From Somniosus microcephalus (taxonomy: Eukaryota), in the NCBI GenBank assembly GCA_052327205.1, contig CM126210.1, forward strand, positions 181,102,001-181,166,000: 64,000 nt of DNA, written 5' to 3'. The notes below the pieces were generated by a model, which did no database searches, had not been told where the DNA came from, and saw only the letters and a list, made by a program, of their open reading frames with translations. Made by a program: the position numbers and the translations under genes. Below are positions 47,601 through 60,617 of this stretch, piece after piece. Numbering within the stretch: position 1 is the first letter of the stretch; each line of letters starts with the position of its first letter.

Positions 47601-50600
47601 TCCCTGCCCAAGTCACATCCACCTGAAAGAGAGAGCGAGCTACGGCGGGGAGCAACAAGGTGATTTCTCTCACACAGCATGGGGGTGCTCGGCTGACACC
47701 AGAGCTGTCGATAAACTGGGGCACACCGTGTTTGAAAAGAAGAAAGATGACAACAAAGGTGCTCTCTCCTTCGCAGACAAAGCTTTCATGAATATTATGG
47801 AGAAAGAATTTCACAAAGGTGAGGCGAACAGCTGGGTTGCGCCTCTCCCCTTCAAGGTACCCCGGCTTCTTCTGCCTAACAATCGCGATCAGGCACTGTC
47901 ACGCCTCGCATCACTGCGGCGCACATTAGATAGAAAGCCCGAAATGAAGGAACAGTTCATTGCCTTCATGGAAAAGGTTTTCGAGAGTAACCATGCTGAA
48001 TTAGCACCTCCACTCAAAGAAGGAGAAGAGTGCTGGTATCTCCCGATTTTTGGAGTTTATCACCCCCAGAAGCCTAGTCAAATAAGAGTAGTTTTCGACT
48101 CCAGCGCTCAGCACTGTGGCATCTCACTCAACAATGTTCTGCTCACGGGTCCAGACCTAAACAACACCCTCCTTGGCGTGCTGATGCGCTTTAGGAAAGA
48201 GCTCGTAGCAGTAACCGCAGACATCCAACAGATGTTCTATTGCTTTGTGGTGAGAGAGGACCATAGGAACTATCTGAGGTTCTTCTGGTATCGCGACAAC
48301 AACATGTCAAAGGACATCACTGAATACAGGATGCGGGTCCACGTTTTTGATAACAGCCCCTCCCCTGCAGTCTCCATCTATGGGCTCAGAAGTGCAGCCA
48401 AAGAGGGAGAACACGAGCATGGAACAGACACAAGACAGTTTGTGGAGAGACATTTTTATGTTGATGACGGCCTCATATCCTTACCTTCAGAAGCAGAAGC
48501 CATCAACCTGCTGAAACGAACTCAAGCTTCATTAGCACAGTCCAACCTGAGGCTGCACAAAATTGCCTCAAACAGTGTAGCAGTGATGACGGCCTTCACA
48601 GCTGAGGATCTCGCCAAGGACATTAAAGACTTAGACCTCAGCGACGAAACCATGCCAGCCCAGCTAAGCCTTGGTTTACGTTGGGAAATTGAATCTGACA
48701 CCTTCACCTTTGCAGTGTCTGTAGGTGACAAGCCATTTACACGCCGCGGCGTGCTGTCAACGGTCAACTCGCTCTTTGACTCTCTCGGCATGGTGGCGCC
48801 CGTGACTATTCAGGGAAGAGCCCTACTACGAGAACTCTGCACAGACACGAGCGACTGGGACTCTCCACTCCCCGAAGGCAGGTTAACAGAATGGGAGACA
48901 TGGAGAAAGTCTCTCAAAAATCTAAAAAATCTTCATATCCCATGCACCTACTCACCAGACACACTCTCCAAATCCAAACGCACCGAGTTGTGTGTATTCT
49001 CAGGTGCGTCCGAGAAAGCTACTGGCGCGGTAGCCTACCTGAGATCCCTGGATGATGAGGGCCAAAGCAACGTGGGATTTGTCCTGGGAAAGGCGAAGTT
49101 GACACCCCAGCCAGAGCCCACCATACCACGCCTGGAGTTATGCGCTGCAGTATTAGCGGTGGAGATGGCGGATCTCATCCTGGATGAGATAGATTTCAAA
49201 CTTGATGCAGTGAAATTCTACTGTGACAGCAAAGTTGTGCTCGGTTACATCTCCAATGAGTCAAAGAGATTCTTCATATATGTACACAACAGAGTTCAGC
49301 GAATAAGACAATCAACATGCCCCGACCAGTGGCACTATGTGCCCAAAGAGCTGAATCCAGCTGACCTTGCCACCAGGTCAGTGCCTGCCTCCCAGCTCTC
49401 CAATACAATGTGGTTTACCGGGCCAGCTTTCTTACACAAACCTGACCAAGCTGACCATACGGCACAAGAATCATTCAAGCTCATCAGCCCAGATCTAGAT
49501 GTGGAGGTCCGTCCTCATGTGATCAGCTTAATGACTCGCACCCAAGAGAGCCTACTTACCTGTGAGCGCTTTGAACGCTTTTCAACCTGGCGATCGCTCG
49601 TTAGAGCCATAGCTTTCTTAATCCATGTGGCTCGCTCTCACAAGTCCGATCCTGGCAGCTCGTCAAACAAATGCAGAGGTTGGCACTGGTGCAGGAAGCC
49701 TCGTTCCCCAGACGAGTTGGCTGCAGCTGAGAACATTATCATCAGGTCAGTTCAAGTTCAGGCGTACTCTGAGGAGTACAGAGCACTTGCTGAAAAAAGA
49801 ACCATTACCAAGACCAGTTCACTGTGGAAACTGAATCCAGTTTTGAATGACGGCCTCATCAGAATTGGAGGACGGCTGACGCATGCAGAACTGAGCTTAC
49901 AAGAAAGGAGTCCTGTTGTCCTGCCACATCAAAGCCACATCACAACATTGCTCACAAGACACCACCATGAACTGATAGAACACCAGGGCCACCAGTTCAC
50001 TGAGGGAGCCATTCGAGCAGCCGGCTTGTGGATTGTCAGCGGCAAACGGTTGATTGGATCTGTCTTACACCAATGCGTCACATGCAGAAAGCTCAGATGG
50101 AGAACGGAGGAGCAGAAGATGGCTGATCTGCCTCCAGAACGACTTAGTTCATCGCCACCATTTTCATACGTCGGCCTGGATGTTTTTGGCCCTTGGACTA
50201 TCACTACTCGCCGCACCAGAGGAGGCGCCGCTCATAGCAAACGTTGGGCTATGCTATTCACTTGTATGAGCACAAGAGCTGTGCATATAGAAGTGATCGA
50301 GTCCATGGACATGTCCAGCTGCATTAATGCATTACGAAGATTCGTCACCATCCGCGGGCCAGCAAAGCAGTTAAGATCCGACTGTGGAACAAATTTCATT
50401 GGAGCCTGTCGAGGGCTAGAGTTAGGGAATGAACATAACCAAAGGCCAAGCATCCTGACATACCTAAGCCAGCAAGGTTGCACATGGGAATTTAATCCTC
50501 CACATGCTTCACACATGGGTGGTGCGTGGGAGCGCATGATTGGAGTGTCGCGGCGCATTCTGGACTCAATGTTGCGACAGAACAGACCACCTCAGCTGAC

Positions 50601-51614
50601 GCACGAAGTGCTGTGCACCTTCATGGCTGAAGTGTCAGCAATCATTAATGCGAGGCCCCTTGTTCCTGTTTCTTCCGATCCAGATTCACCATTCCTTTTA
50701 ACTCCAAACATGTTACTCACACAGAAGGGCTGTGTACCCACTCTTCCTGGAGACTTCACTGACAAAGACCTCCTGAAGAGCCAGTGGAGAAGAGTAAAAG
50801 CCTTGGCCAGTAAGTTCTGGAGCCACTGGCGCACCGAGTACCTTCCCACTTTGCAAAGCCGGCGGAAGTGGAACGAGGCTCGTCGGAGTCTCTGAGAAGG
50901 TGACATCGTCTTACTGAAAGAAAGCCAAGTATCCCGCAATGAGTGGCCTATGGGTCGTGTCACCTGTCTTCCCCAGCAAAGACGACAGGGTGCGAAAGAT
51001 AGAGGTGAAGGCCACTGTTCAAGGGACGGTCAAAAAGTTCTTCAGACCCATCTCAGAGGTCGTACTCCTCTTACCTAAGGAGGACTGAGTGTTATTGATT
51101 CCACAGTTCTGTATGTTTTATAAGTAGTGGCATCTAATAGACACCAGGCGGGGAGTGTTCTGCCTTATAATTGCAGGAGTTTCATTTTGTTGCCGCCAGT
51201 AGGTGGCAGTAAATGGAAATGACCAGTAGGGTCGCTCAACAGGAAGTAGTATAGTGATAGCAAACAAAGAGGTCACATCAGCATGGAGCGTGCTGCAAGT
51301 TAATCCACTGTAATCTTACATTGTTACGCCTTCGAAAGCATTGCCTGTGAGTTGAATGGTTTCATTACATATTCATGTTTAGATGTTAGTTATATCTCAT
51401 GTATGTAACAAGGTGCATTTCTTTCTTTTGTCTTTCTCAGTTTTACTCCAACCCAATGCAACTGATTTGTATTGTTTCATTGACCTCATGCAAGTGTGGC
51501 ATTATTAAACACCGGAGCTTGGACGCTACATCCTGACTCCCATGTCATTATTGAAAGGAGTTTGGCTGGCTGTCTAACTGCGTACAGACACATACACGTA
51601 GGGAGGACAGTACA
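44618..51614 (+). mobile_element. Full-length BEL/Pao LTR retrotransposon (6997 bp) in the last intron of C6orf163, antisense to it
   Basis: 459-bp LTRs at 44618-45076 and 51156-51614 (4 differences by eye), 5-bp TSD CTTAC, PPT AGGCGGGGAG. Confidence 0.97.
45139..51088 (+). pseudogene. BEL/Pao gag-pol: frameshifted gag and protease, then a 1171-codon open RT-RNase H-IN segment (47380-50895)
   Basis: Triple Cys/His array near 46680-46880, protease ILDDQSNRS, RVVFDSS, YVDDG, TIPRLELCAA, NPADLATR, SDCGTNF and GGAWERMI. Apparent lesions: FDNSPSP (G>D), FSGASE (D>G) and a stop at 50893-50895. Confidence 0.93.
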
Positions 51615-52189
51615 CTTACTCTTTGGAGCTGTCAAGTGGGCAACAACATTGCACTGCTATTGTGAGTTTAGGGCATATTATTGGTACAGTGTACAGCAAG
51701 CTAAGCATTAGTCTGCTTCTGGGCATGCTTGATGCTGAACTTGGTGCAAGAACATCGACAGCACTGAGATTCTCAAATTTCACAAAATAATAAAATCAAT
51801 GTAGTAGTGTATTTTAGGAATTCTTGCACAAGCACACATGACTTAGGGTGGATTTTTGCATCAGTTACAGTACCTTGATAGTGTGGTCCTTAGGCAATTA
51901 TATCCCGTTTATTATATAGTGTACTCTGAAATAACACCATGAAATTTAGGCAGATGTAGTTTTAATCTAATGTGTTATTATTTTTACTGCACAAGAACAT
52001 TGGAACTGTTTTTCTGAAGTGACACAATGTTTTAAAGCTGTTCATAATTGTTTTGTATATTGTTCTTGCACCATACCTGGCCCAGAGTTCTGAAAACCAC
52101 AGGCCAAGTAGTTATTTACAAAATTCCCTTTTACTTTCTCAAACATTTAAGTAGTAGCAAATCTCTTAGGACGGTTTCCTTTGTAAAAT

Positions 52190-52350
52190 ACTGCAGATGT
52201 TTGAACTCTGAAATAAAAACAGAAAAGGCTGGATACTCTCAGCAGGACTGACAAAAAGTTACTGACCTGAAATGCTGACCCTAAGTTTTCTCTCCACAGA
52301 TGCTGCCTCTGACCTGCTGAGTGTTTCCAGCATTTTCTCCTTTTGATTTG
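52190..52350. mobile_element. Penelope-derived terminal fragments in inverted arrangement, with a degenerate hammerhead core
   Basis: The GCTGGA..ACTCAGCAGG motif occurs in both orientations, with CTGACAA..GACCTGAAAT between. Confidence 0.55.
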
Positions 52351-55300
52351 ACATTGTTATGTTTAACTCGCAAATGAGAGGCAAAGGTGAGGTGCCTCTG
52401 TCAGGGAGTAAGGTTACTTCAAGAAACACTTCACCCCACCCCACCACTGAAGCCTTTTTCAGTTCCAAAACTGAAGCCTGGAGGGAAATGCTTTCAACAA
52501 TGTGATTTGCACCTCAATTACACTGAAAATCATCTCATAGGTTACCTAAGTACACTCTAGTCATTACTGAACATGATGTCAGACCTCCCTCAACAGAAGT
52601 ATCAGCTGCAGTTGAGCATCTAGAAGATGTCTGCCAACTTTACTCAGCTGGTGGACCCTGGCTGGAAAAGGAGTCCCCTGGATTTGCGAGGCTGCAGCGA
52701 TATGACCTGGCACAGAAGAGGTTGAGGGCCTAGTTAATTCAGGGGCAGTGCGGTACGATGTCCCAGCCTCCTGCATGGTGGGTGGCACTAAAGACCTGCC
52801 TCTTAGGACAAGAACCACCCTACCACACATCAGCTGCGGAAGAGAATGCGTTTTGCAATATTAACTGTGTTTTCCTTTAAGAGAAAACCGTCACACAAAA
52901 AGCTAGTTTTGGCTCCACAAGATTAAAGGAAATTACTTTCAATTACTTTCCTCTGAAGTGCTATTAAAGATGATTAGAGATCTATACCGGAGAGGACATA
53001 TTCATTGCTTGTATCCAAATGGAATAAAGTTCCGTTTGCATGGTATATTTCACAGCTCTGATTGGGTCCAATTTATCTGAGTAGTTATCCTTTCTGCTCC
53101 TCAGTACCAGTCTTGGTGCTGAAACATAAATGTCCAATACCAGCTGGGAATCAAAACCTCCATGTGGATCTTTTCCAACTGGGACATCCAACATGGTAGA
53201 TCTCCATGAGGCTGCATTTTCAAAAAATGAAGAGAAAATAGCTCCTTTCAGGCAGATGATCTTTTTGACTTATTTTTTCTAGTGTTCCCTTTTAATTGTT
53301 GAGATGTGTGCTGACATGCAAAAACTTAGGGCAGACCACTGAGCACTGCCTTTGTAACAAATTAGCAAACAATCACAAGGAATTTTGGCATTAAGCAACC
53401 TGGAAAAACGAATGGGTCAGTGGGTAAAAGCTGAAGAAATACCAGGTCTGCACCAAGTTAGCTGATCTCAGTTGGGCATCTGTGAGGACAGCATAATAAG
53501 TTCCAGGACCCCTGGGGTGTAAGGATGGGAGAATGGTCAAGGGTATAAGCAAGTATACACGCTTGGTTCATACCTGTTTTACAATTTTAGAGTATGTTCA
53601 GTTTTTGGCTGCTGTAAATGGCAGCAGACGCTTGCTTTAGTCAGCTACCTGACAGAATACTTGCCCTGCCGCAGAAATGAGGTACAGCAGGATGACAGTG
53701 CAGCCGGAGAGCCAGTAGCAGTGGGAAAAATTGTTAGTGCGAGAGATGTGTGATGTACAGTCAGCTTTTGCTGCAAAGTTCTTCGCTAATATGAAAATCT
53801 CAGAGTGTTGCAGCCCTTTCTCTGACTCACGTTCCCTTTGAACACAACTCCCCACTGGTAGCACGGGATTAGTGAATTTATCCGATAGACATCTGGGTGG
53901 AATTTCCTGTGTATTTCCACCCAGCGACACATGTTGTAGGAATTATTTACGACTTTCACACCTCCCACCTTAAAAGTGTTAGAGTAGGGTTCGTAGACCT
54001 GAATCCACCTTAACATAAAACCACACAGATACACTACCTCCCAGGGATCTTTTATTTAACCACTAACACATGGATTAAATATGAACCCAACTTAACCTGT
54101 CCTGGGGTCTTCAAGTGCCCGGTGATCAAACTTGAAGTCTGTTGAAATCTTTAGATGTCTTCTCTTCATTAGACCAGGATACGTTTATCCTGGACGGCTG
54201 CAGTACAGGTTCTTATATTTTTTGTGTTCCAAGTCTTCATGTGGCGTTCACATCTATACCTCAATCATTGGCTCATTCAAGCATGGCTTTTCTACTTTTT
54301 GTTCATGATTGGTTCAAAGTTTAGTGGGGTTACATCATCATGCGATCACTTGTTGCAGTTTAATGAGGGTGTTATCTCAAGACAGTGCTGGTTGGGTCCA
54401 TTGGTTGCATAGCAACTCCAGACCTGTCCCTGGCCACAACTGCTTCTTTTAACTGGGTAAGGTCTGTTAAAAATGTTCCTCCATATTCTTTGTTCTCAAC
54501 TTGCATTTTAAAGTGGTTTGGCCATCATTAAAAGTTCTCGTTTGTATTAAAGTTCTTCCTGTTGTCAGGGATGTTTAAAATAGATTTCCCTTCAATGTAA
54601 TCAGGGCATAAAGCAAATGCCCATGATAAAAGATTGAGGAAACACGGATGCAAGTGTGTTGCACGTGTAATTACACCTGAATTTCCTCACTCTTTTATGC
54701 CCGTCTATCAGTCCCTGCAGCTGAACACAATTTGGCTCATTATAATGGCTCTACCTCCAGACTACAGAGCCGCACACGCACATGTACTGCAATTATGCTG
54801 CTTCAAAATGTGTGTAAAATTATGCCCAGAATTTAAGTGCAGCAGGAAAGTCATGTTTCTGGTGTTTTATTGCAGTTTTTTTATATATTCTTACTGATAC
54901 TTCACTATATTTTCTGTTTCTTTGAATGCATTTTTATCGCATCAGTATATGACATATTAAAAATTGAAATGCTTCCCTGATTGCATGTTCTTAAACATGC
55001 TGTGCCGAATGTGCATGAACGATGGTTAGATGGCTTCAAATTTTAATTTTCATACTTAAAGAAGGAATATATGGTATGAGTTTGGTGTTTTCCTTGGGGC
55101 CCAATTGTTTACACCGATTTCCGTCCAGCTTTACATTCTGGCGTATGTTAATGAGATAGGCAGGAGATTCACATGTAAATAGACATCGGCAAAATGGGCA
55201 TATGAATGGGTGTAATTTTGGATGTAACTTCCCAATTATGCCCCCACAAGAAGTTCCACCTCCCAGATGAGGAAAGAATTGGGCTTAGCTGCAAAGTCCC

Positions 55301-56177
55301 ACAGTCAAATGTATCACTGACATTCACTCTCTGGTCTCATGTTTGAAGAATGGTTGCCTGGACAAAAATAATGTCTATAGAACTGTTCCCCAATATGAGT
55401 CACCAATTTCAGTACAGGAAGGGAGAAATTGGGAGTGGGGGAAGGAAATTGAAGGCTAAGGTTCAGAAGTCAGGAAAGTATGAAAGTGTGCCTAAGTATA
55501 TTGAGCTCAGTGACTGTTATGCCCCAGAAATTGATGCATTTTGGGGCACAATGAAGAGGAAATTCAGCAGAGATCAGTCCCAGTGGGAACTTCATTAAAG
55601 TATAGAAATGAGGGCAGAGACATCCTACTTGCAATTTCCCAAAGTGCGGGTTCACAGGATGTCCACTGTGAACCAGGTCCAGGAAATCAGGTGTCCAGCA
55701 CTTCTAGGGACTGTGGTAATTTAAAAGGCATAGTAACCCATAGCAAAGTGTTTTTCATGCATTTCTGGACTATTTTGGATTATATTTGTTTTTGTCCTGT
55801 TGGCCCTCAGGTTCTCATGAGCCTTTGTGACAACAGTTCTCTTTTTTTCCCCCTGCATCGTTTCCCAATGGGAATCCCTAATTTGAGGTGATTGGAAGAA
55901 GAGGAGGACCGATGGAGGGATGCCAGGCAGGTAAGGCTGCACGGTCGGGAAGTGCTCTGTGCCTCTCATTGGTACCCCCATACCCGCTTCTGCAGACAGA
56001 AGGGAACATACCTCACTTTGGCAGATGGTTAGTGAATTCAGAGGCTCCTATTCCCCAAAGAAGCTGGTACAGCAGTGCGATGGCATCACAAAGATATGTC
56101 AATGCCTGACTAACAGTGATGCCAGGTGCTTCCTTGGACCACTGTATGTCTTGCTTTCCGTGGCATTGCAAGAAAGA

Positions 56178-56682
56178 AGGCGTTAGAGAGGGTGCAGAGG
56201 AGGTTCACCAGGATGTTACCAGGGCTGGAGCGCTTCAGCTATGAAGAGAGACTGGGCAGGTTGGGTTTGTTTTCCTTGGAGCTGAGGAGGCTGAGGGGGG
56301 ACATGATTGAGGTGTACAAAATTATGAGGGGCATAGATAGGATGGATGCTGAGGAGCTTTTTCCCTTAGTAGAGGGGTCGATAACTAGGGGGCATAGATT
56401 CAAGGTAAAGGGCGGGAGGTTTAGAGGGGATTTGAGAAAGAACTTTTTCACCCAGAGGGTGGTTGGAGTCTGGAACTCACTGCCTGAAAGGGTTGTGGAG
56501 GCAGAAACCCTCACAACATTTAAGAAGCATTTGGATGTGCACTTGAAATGCCATAGCATACAAGGCTACGGGCCAAATGCTGGAATATGGGATTAGATTA
56601 GACAGGGCTTGATGGCCGGCGCGGACACGATGGGCCGAAGGGCCTCTGTCCGTGCTGTATTACTCTATGACTCTATGACTCT
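56178..56682 (+). mobile_element. CR1 3' fragment
   Basis: ALERVQRRFTRMLPGL..FFTQRVVGVWNSLP and an (ACTCTATG)n tail. Confidence 0.93.
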
Positions 56683-56892
56683 AAGGCATGCCAGGATGTT
56701 CCACACCACACCCACCAAGATGTCACCAACAATATCTGAAGGTAATGGCATATCTAATTGGCAACAACCATGGGAAACTCCGGGTCTGGTCAGCAGAGAA
56801 CCAGAGAAGCAGAGACCTATTCCATCTGCTACAATGGCACCTGCAACTATCATTACATAGACCTGGCACACACAGCGACAGCAAGAACTTAC

Positions 56893-57095
56893 AGCACCAC
56901 TTGATCCAGAGTATGGGTCGCAATTTTCTTTTCTTCTTCTTTTGCTGCCGCTACAGCCTTGGCCTTTTCATGTCCACATTTGTAAAGTAGCTGCTCAATT
57001 TCATGAGCTAGGCGTTGTTTTCCAACTTCATGTTCCTTGCTCACCTGCTTCTCGATTTCCCATCGCATCTTGATCTCTCTTTTTCGTATTGCTTC
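56893..57095 (-). CDS. C6orf163: C6orf163 homolog, penultimate coding exon (EAIRKRE..KEHEVGKQRLAHEIEQLLYKCGHEKAKAVAAAKEEEKKIA..)
   Basis: Acceptor ttgttctatcag and donor CT|gtaagt; 203 nt, phase 0 to 2. The EH..QR..H.I..C..EK..AV..A..EE pattern fits the family. Confidence 0.85.
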
Positions 57096-57204
57096 CTGAT
57101 AGAACAAAGTGATGAGGCAAGCGACTTTGTCAACAGATTGGGTTTTACAAAGCCCAGAAATCAAGCGCTAAATTGAATTAAAAAAAACCCCATATCTTCT
57201 ACAG

Positions 57205-58593
57205 CAGGGTTTCTCAACCTTTTTGCTTCTGAGGACCCCCCTCTCCCGTGTTATAAAAATTGCCCTGTATTTTTTGTGTATAAAATTTCTCTCAGCGCCG
57301 CTCCCACTCACCATGTTACTGCTGCAGCACTGCAGAAAATATTGCTCCCCCGCGCCAATGTTCCCTTTAAGTGCAGGGCTGCGCAGCGCTCTGGAAGTCA
57401 CGTGCAGCCGGTGAGCCGGCTTTTAAATAGAAAAACCACGCCCGTTAAAGGGGCCGCGCGGGCCAACAAAAAATTAGAGGGAACATTTCCCCACGCCCAT
57501 CCCAATCCTTCTTTCCCTCCACATGAGCCCCAATCACCTGACCCCATCCCTCCCCCCCCCCCCGTCTCACTCTTTCTCCCGCAACCCCCGAATCCCTCAC
57601 TGACTGTTCCGAGCACACCAACCGCTCCCGGTTCTCTGCTCAATTGTCAGTCAAACAGCCTTTTTGTCCCCCGTCTCCAATATTCTCATAATAACTACTG
57701 TAATAAACAAAAGTGTGCAATGAAAATGAAACAAACAATTTTTTTGAGGCCCGTGTGATTTTTCTCCCGAATTGCTCACAGCAGATTAATGTTTTATTCC
57801 AGGTGACTCCAGGATAATCCTGGAAGGTTGAAATCCTAGCTGGAGGCCAAAATTGGGTGCAAACAATCGGGACTGCCTGTGATGCCCTCCTTGGTAGAGC
57901 AAGACTGCTAACACTCAAGGTACAGGCTCGCAGCTGAAGAATGAATGAGGTTATCATAATCATAATCATAATCAACTTTATTGTCATTGTTAGTGCACAA
58001 GTGCAGTACAACGAAATGTTGTACAACCAAAGGGCAGCTAGCACCCTTGTAACTGTACTACAATGTGAGTCAACACTCTTGCTAAAGTCTATCGGCTAAC
58101 CGGGAGTTTCCGATGTTGCGTTAATAAGTTAAGGGTGCAAGCGGACGCTTTTGGTCGTGAGTCTAGATGTCAAATCTGTTGGGCAAGTAGGTGATTCTGA
58201 CAGCGCTCTGCCGGTTGTACTGCAACTGTTTGGCCAGCAGGCCAGTCCACCCGTATATACAGCGGGACCTGGTGCGAAAATAGCGTAGGACAGAGAGCTC
58301 GAGCCGGGGAATCTGTGTTCAGCGACCAGCGATCGCTGTCTCTCTTCCTTCTCAGCGAGCGGGGGCCTGGGCTCAGAGGCAGCTTCCACCGTCCTTGCAC
58401 AGACATTCAGGAGTGGGGGTGGGGGAGTTAGAGGGCCATGTTGGGGCCGGAGCCACCAGGCTGCTCAGCTCAATCCCACCTTTACGCGATGGTGTATTTT
58501 TCTTTTTTTAAATCCCGGAGGTTATTTATGGTGGCCCCCTGAAACCCTCTTGCGGGCCCCTGGGGGGCTGCGGTACCCTGGTTGAGAACCCTG
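57205..58593. mobile_element. Non-autonomous hAT (Charlie-like) element
   Basis: TIR CAGGGTTTCTCAACC / GGTTGAGAACCCTG and 8-bp TSD TTCTACAG/TTTTACAG. Contains a minus-strand Rex1-type tail (TGACAATAAAG then (TGATTA)n) near 57950-58030. Confidence 0.88.
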
Positions 58594-58789
58594 TTTTACA
58601 GCATAAATTACAGCAAGATTTCTATCATTAGATGAATTATCTCATAGGCCACAGAACTACATTTGTTGCAACATAAGTTGGTCTGCTGGGCTTCGTTAAT
58701 TCAGTCTCCAGCATTGAGCAATATCACAACAGTGCACAAAATAATTGTACAGCAAGTCAGGTCAGCACAACATGACAATTGATAGTAAC

Positions 58790-59375
58790 AACAGAAAATG
58801 CTGGAAAAACTCAGCAGGCCAGGCAGCATCCGTGGAGAGAGAAACAGTTAATGTTTCAGGTCGAAGACCTTTCGTCAGAACTGGAAAAAAGCAGGAAATG
58901 GAAAGCAAGTTTAGGTGCTGGGAAAAGGGGGGGGATGAAAGAACAAAAGGGAAGGTCAGTGATAGGATAGAAAGCAGGAGAGATTAAGAGATATTGAGAG
59001 ACATTAAGAGATATTCAAGGCAAGAGGAGGTGGTAATGGGACAGGTTAAGGAATAAAGGATGGCTCTAGATGAAGTGTGAATTGCGCTGGCAGAATGAAG
59101 GACAGCTGCCATGTGGGAGGGTAGAGAAAATGGCCAAACAAAAAGTGTGATAAAAAAAAAGAAAATATATATATGTGATAGGGGCCGAGGTTATGATCTG
59201 AAATTGTTGAACTCTATGCCTAATCAAAAGATGAGGTGCTGTTCCTCGAGCTTACGCTGAGCTTCCGTGGAACAGTGCAAGAGGCCGAGGACGGTGAGGT
59301 CTGAGTGGGAATGGAGCAGTGAATTAAAGTGACAGGCCACCGGGAGCTCGGGGTCCCCCTTACGGACTGAACGGA
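58790..59375 (-). mobile_element. Penelope-derived element (GIY-YIG C-terminus to terminal repeat)
   Basis: ELPVACHFNSLLHSHSDLTVLGLLHCSTEAQRKLEEQHLIF; colinear with 2164-3560. Confidence 0.87.
58845..58883 (-). ncRNA. Minimal hammerhead ribozyme (Penelope-type), variant
   Basis: Minus strand reads CAGTT-CTGACGA-AAGGTCTTCGACCT-GAAAC-ATTA-ACTG, with stem II AGGTC/GACCT. The stem III palindrome carries a G>A change. Confidence 0.7.
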
Positions 59376-59984
59376 TTCAGCCCCTTACATATCGGGTAGC
59401 CTGCTGCTACTCTGTTTAACCTCACACATGAAGTCTTACCTCTTGGGTATAGTACCCCAGAATGGCATCATAGCTCCCCTTTAAAACTGAGGTGAGATCA
59501 AGAATCACATCAAGTAAAGAACATGTCAGGAGTAGTCTGTGTCCTATGTTCCATCACGAAGCCCACTGGTACATCAATACAGCTGCCTGTACTATAAAAC
59601 TGAAGTGACAGTGTGGTGGGACAAGCTTGTGGTAATGTGTGAATCATATTTGACATTTCCTCTCGCAGTGAATTGCTAATCTCAATGTGCTGATATTAAC
59701 AGCTTCATGAGACAAAAAAAAGAATAAAAATACAATAAATAAATCAATGGCAGGGCAAAACACGTTGGGCTGCTCTTGAGTATCTTGTAGTGGCTGATTA
59801 CAGATTCTTGGAACGGAATGCCTTTGTATTCATGAATGTTGCAAGAGCCCAATGTGTAGAAAGAGGAAAAATATCGCAATTTTTAAACATGCAGCCATGG
59901 AAGTAATGCACACTGAGCTAAGCCTGAATAGAACTGGATGGTACTGTGGGGGAGTAAAGGAAGGAGTTAGAGATATAATGCCAA

Positions 59985-60617
59985 GGTTCTTCTGGTGACT
60001 CCCAGCGAGTTGGCATCTGCTGACACCTGCATCCATGCAGCATTGGTCTCAGTGGGAGGCCTCTTCCTGCCTGACCTAGGGAAGAGGACTTCCCTGTGGG
60101 CCATAACCCCATCCAATAATGCCTGCAGTGAAGCTTCGTCGAATTTGGAGGCAGCTCGAGGTCTGGCACTGGCCACAGCTGCAGCAGGCGCCTCTGCCAT
60201 CCTGTATGGTTCGTTTGGAAGCCTTCAGAGGATGCAGTGCTTGCTATGGACCTTGAAAGCACCACAAATGATGATATCATACTGTGGGGCTTTCTGACTA
60301 GAAATGGACAATTAGCAAGGCTGCCCACATGCTGGGAATTAATTGGCCACTTGAGGGAAAATTGCGTGGAACTGGCTGACACATTTTTTTGTGTGTCAGA
60401 ACCCCACATTCGGGGGAATCCGACCATTTCCCACACAAGCCACAAAATCGGGCCCTTTAACTTTGGGCTACTTGTACCTGGACAACGCCCTTGCAGCACC
60501 CCGAGACCACGTGACGATGGCAGGCTCCAGAGAGCACAAAGAGCGAACCCCAAAACCCCACCGCTGTTTTGAACTCAGCAGATCTTTTGATTGGTGAGCT
60601 TGAATTCTGGCCCCTCA
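59985..60617 (-). mobile_element. Harbinger transposon end with truncated Myb/SANT-like gene (ATG at 60200)
   Basis: MAEAP..RPRAASKFDEASLQALLDGV..HREVLFP..AAW.QV..S.GVTRRT is a NAIF1/MSANTD-type trihelix. TIR-like GGGGCCAGAATT ends near 60617. Confidence 0.75.

Noticed and set aside
52560-52915. Possible Harbinger transposase N-terminal remnant (PFPARVH)
   Set aside because: Too degenerate to support by eye; needs a Dfam or translated HMM search.
54055-56170. Coding-looking degenerate sequence, possibly an old Myb/Harbinger gene
   Set aside because: Frequent stops and no motif I could confirm.
59441-59490. Strong minus-strand donor GAG|gtaaga as the next upstream C6orf163 exon
   Set aside because: The peptide is not the charged coiled coil expected there; the upstream exons probably lie beyond the window.
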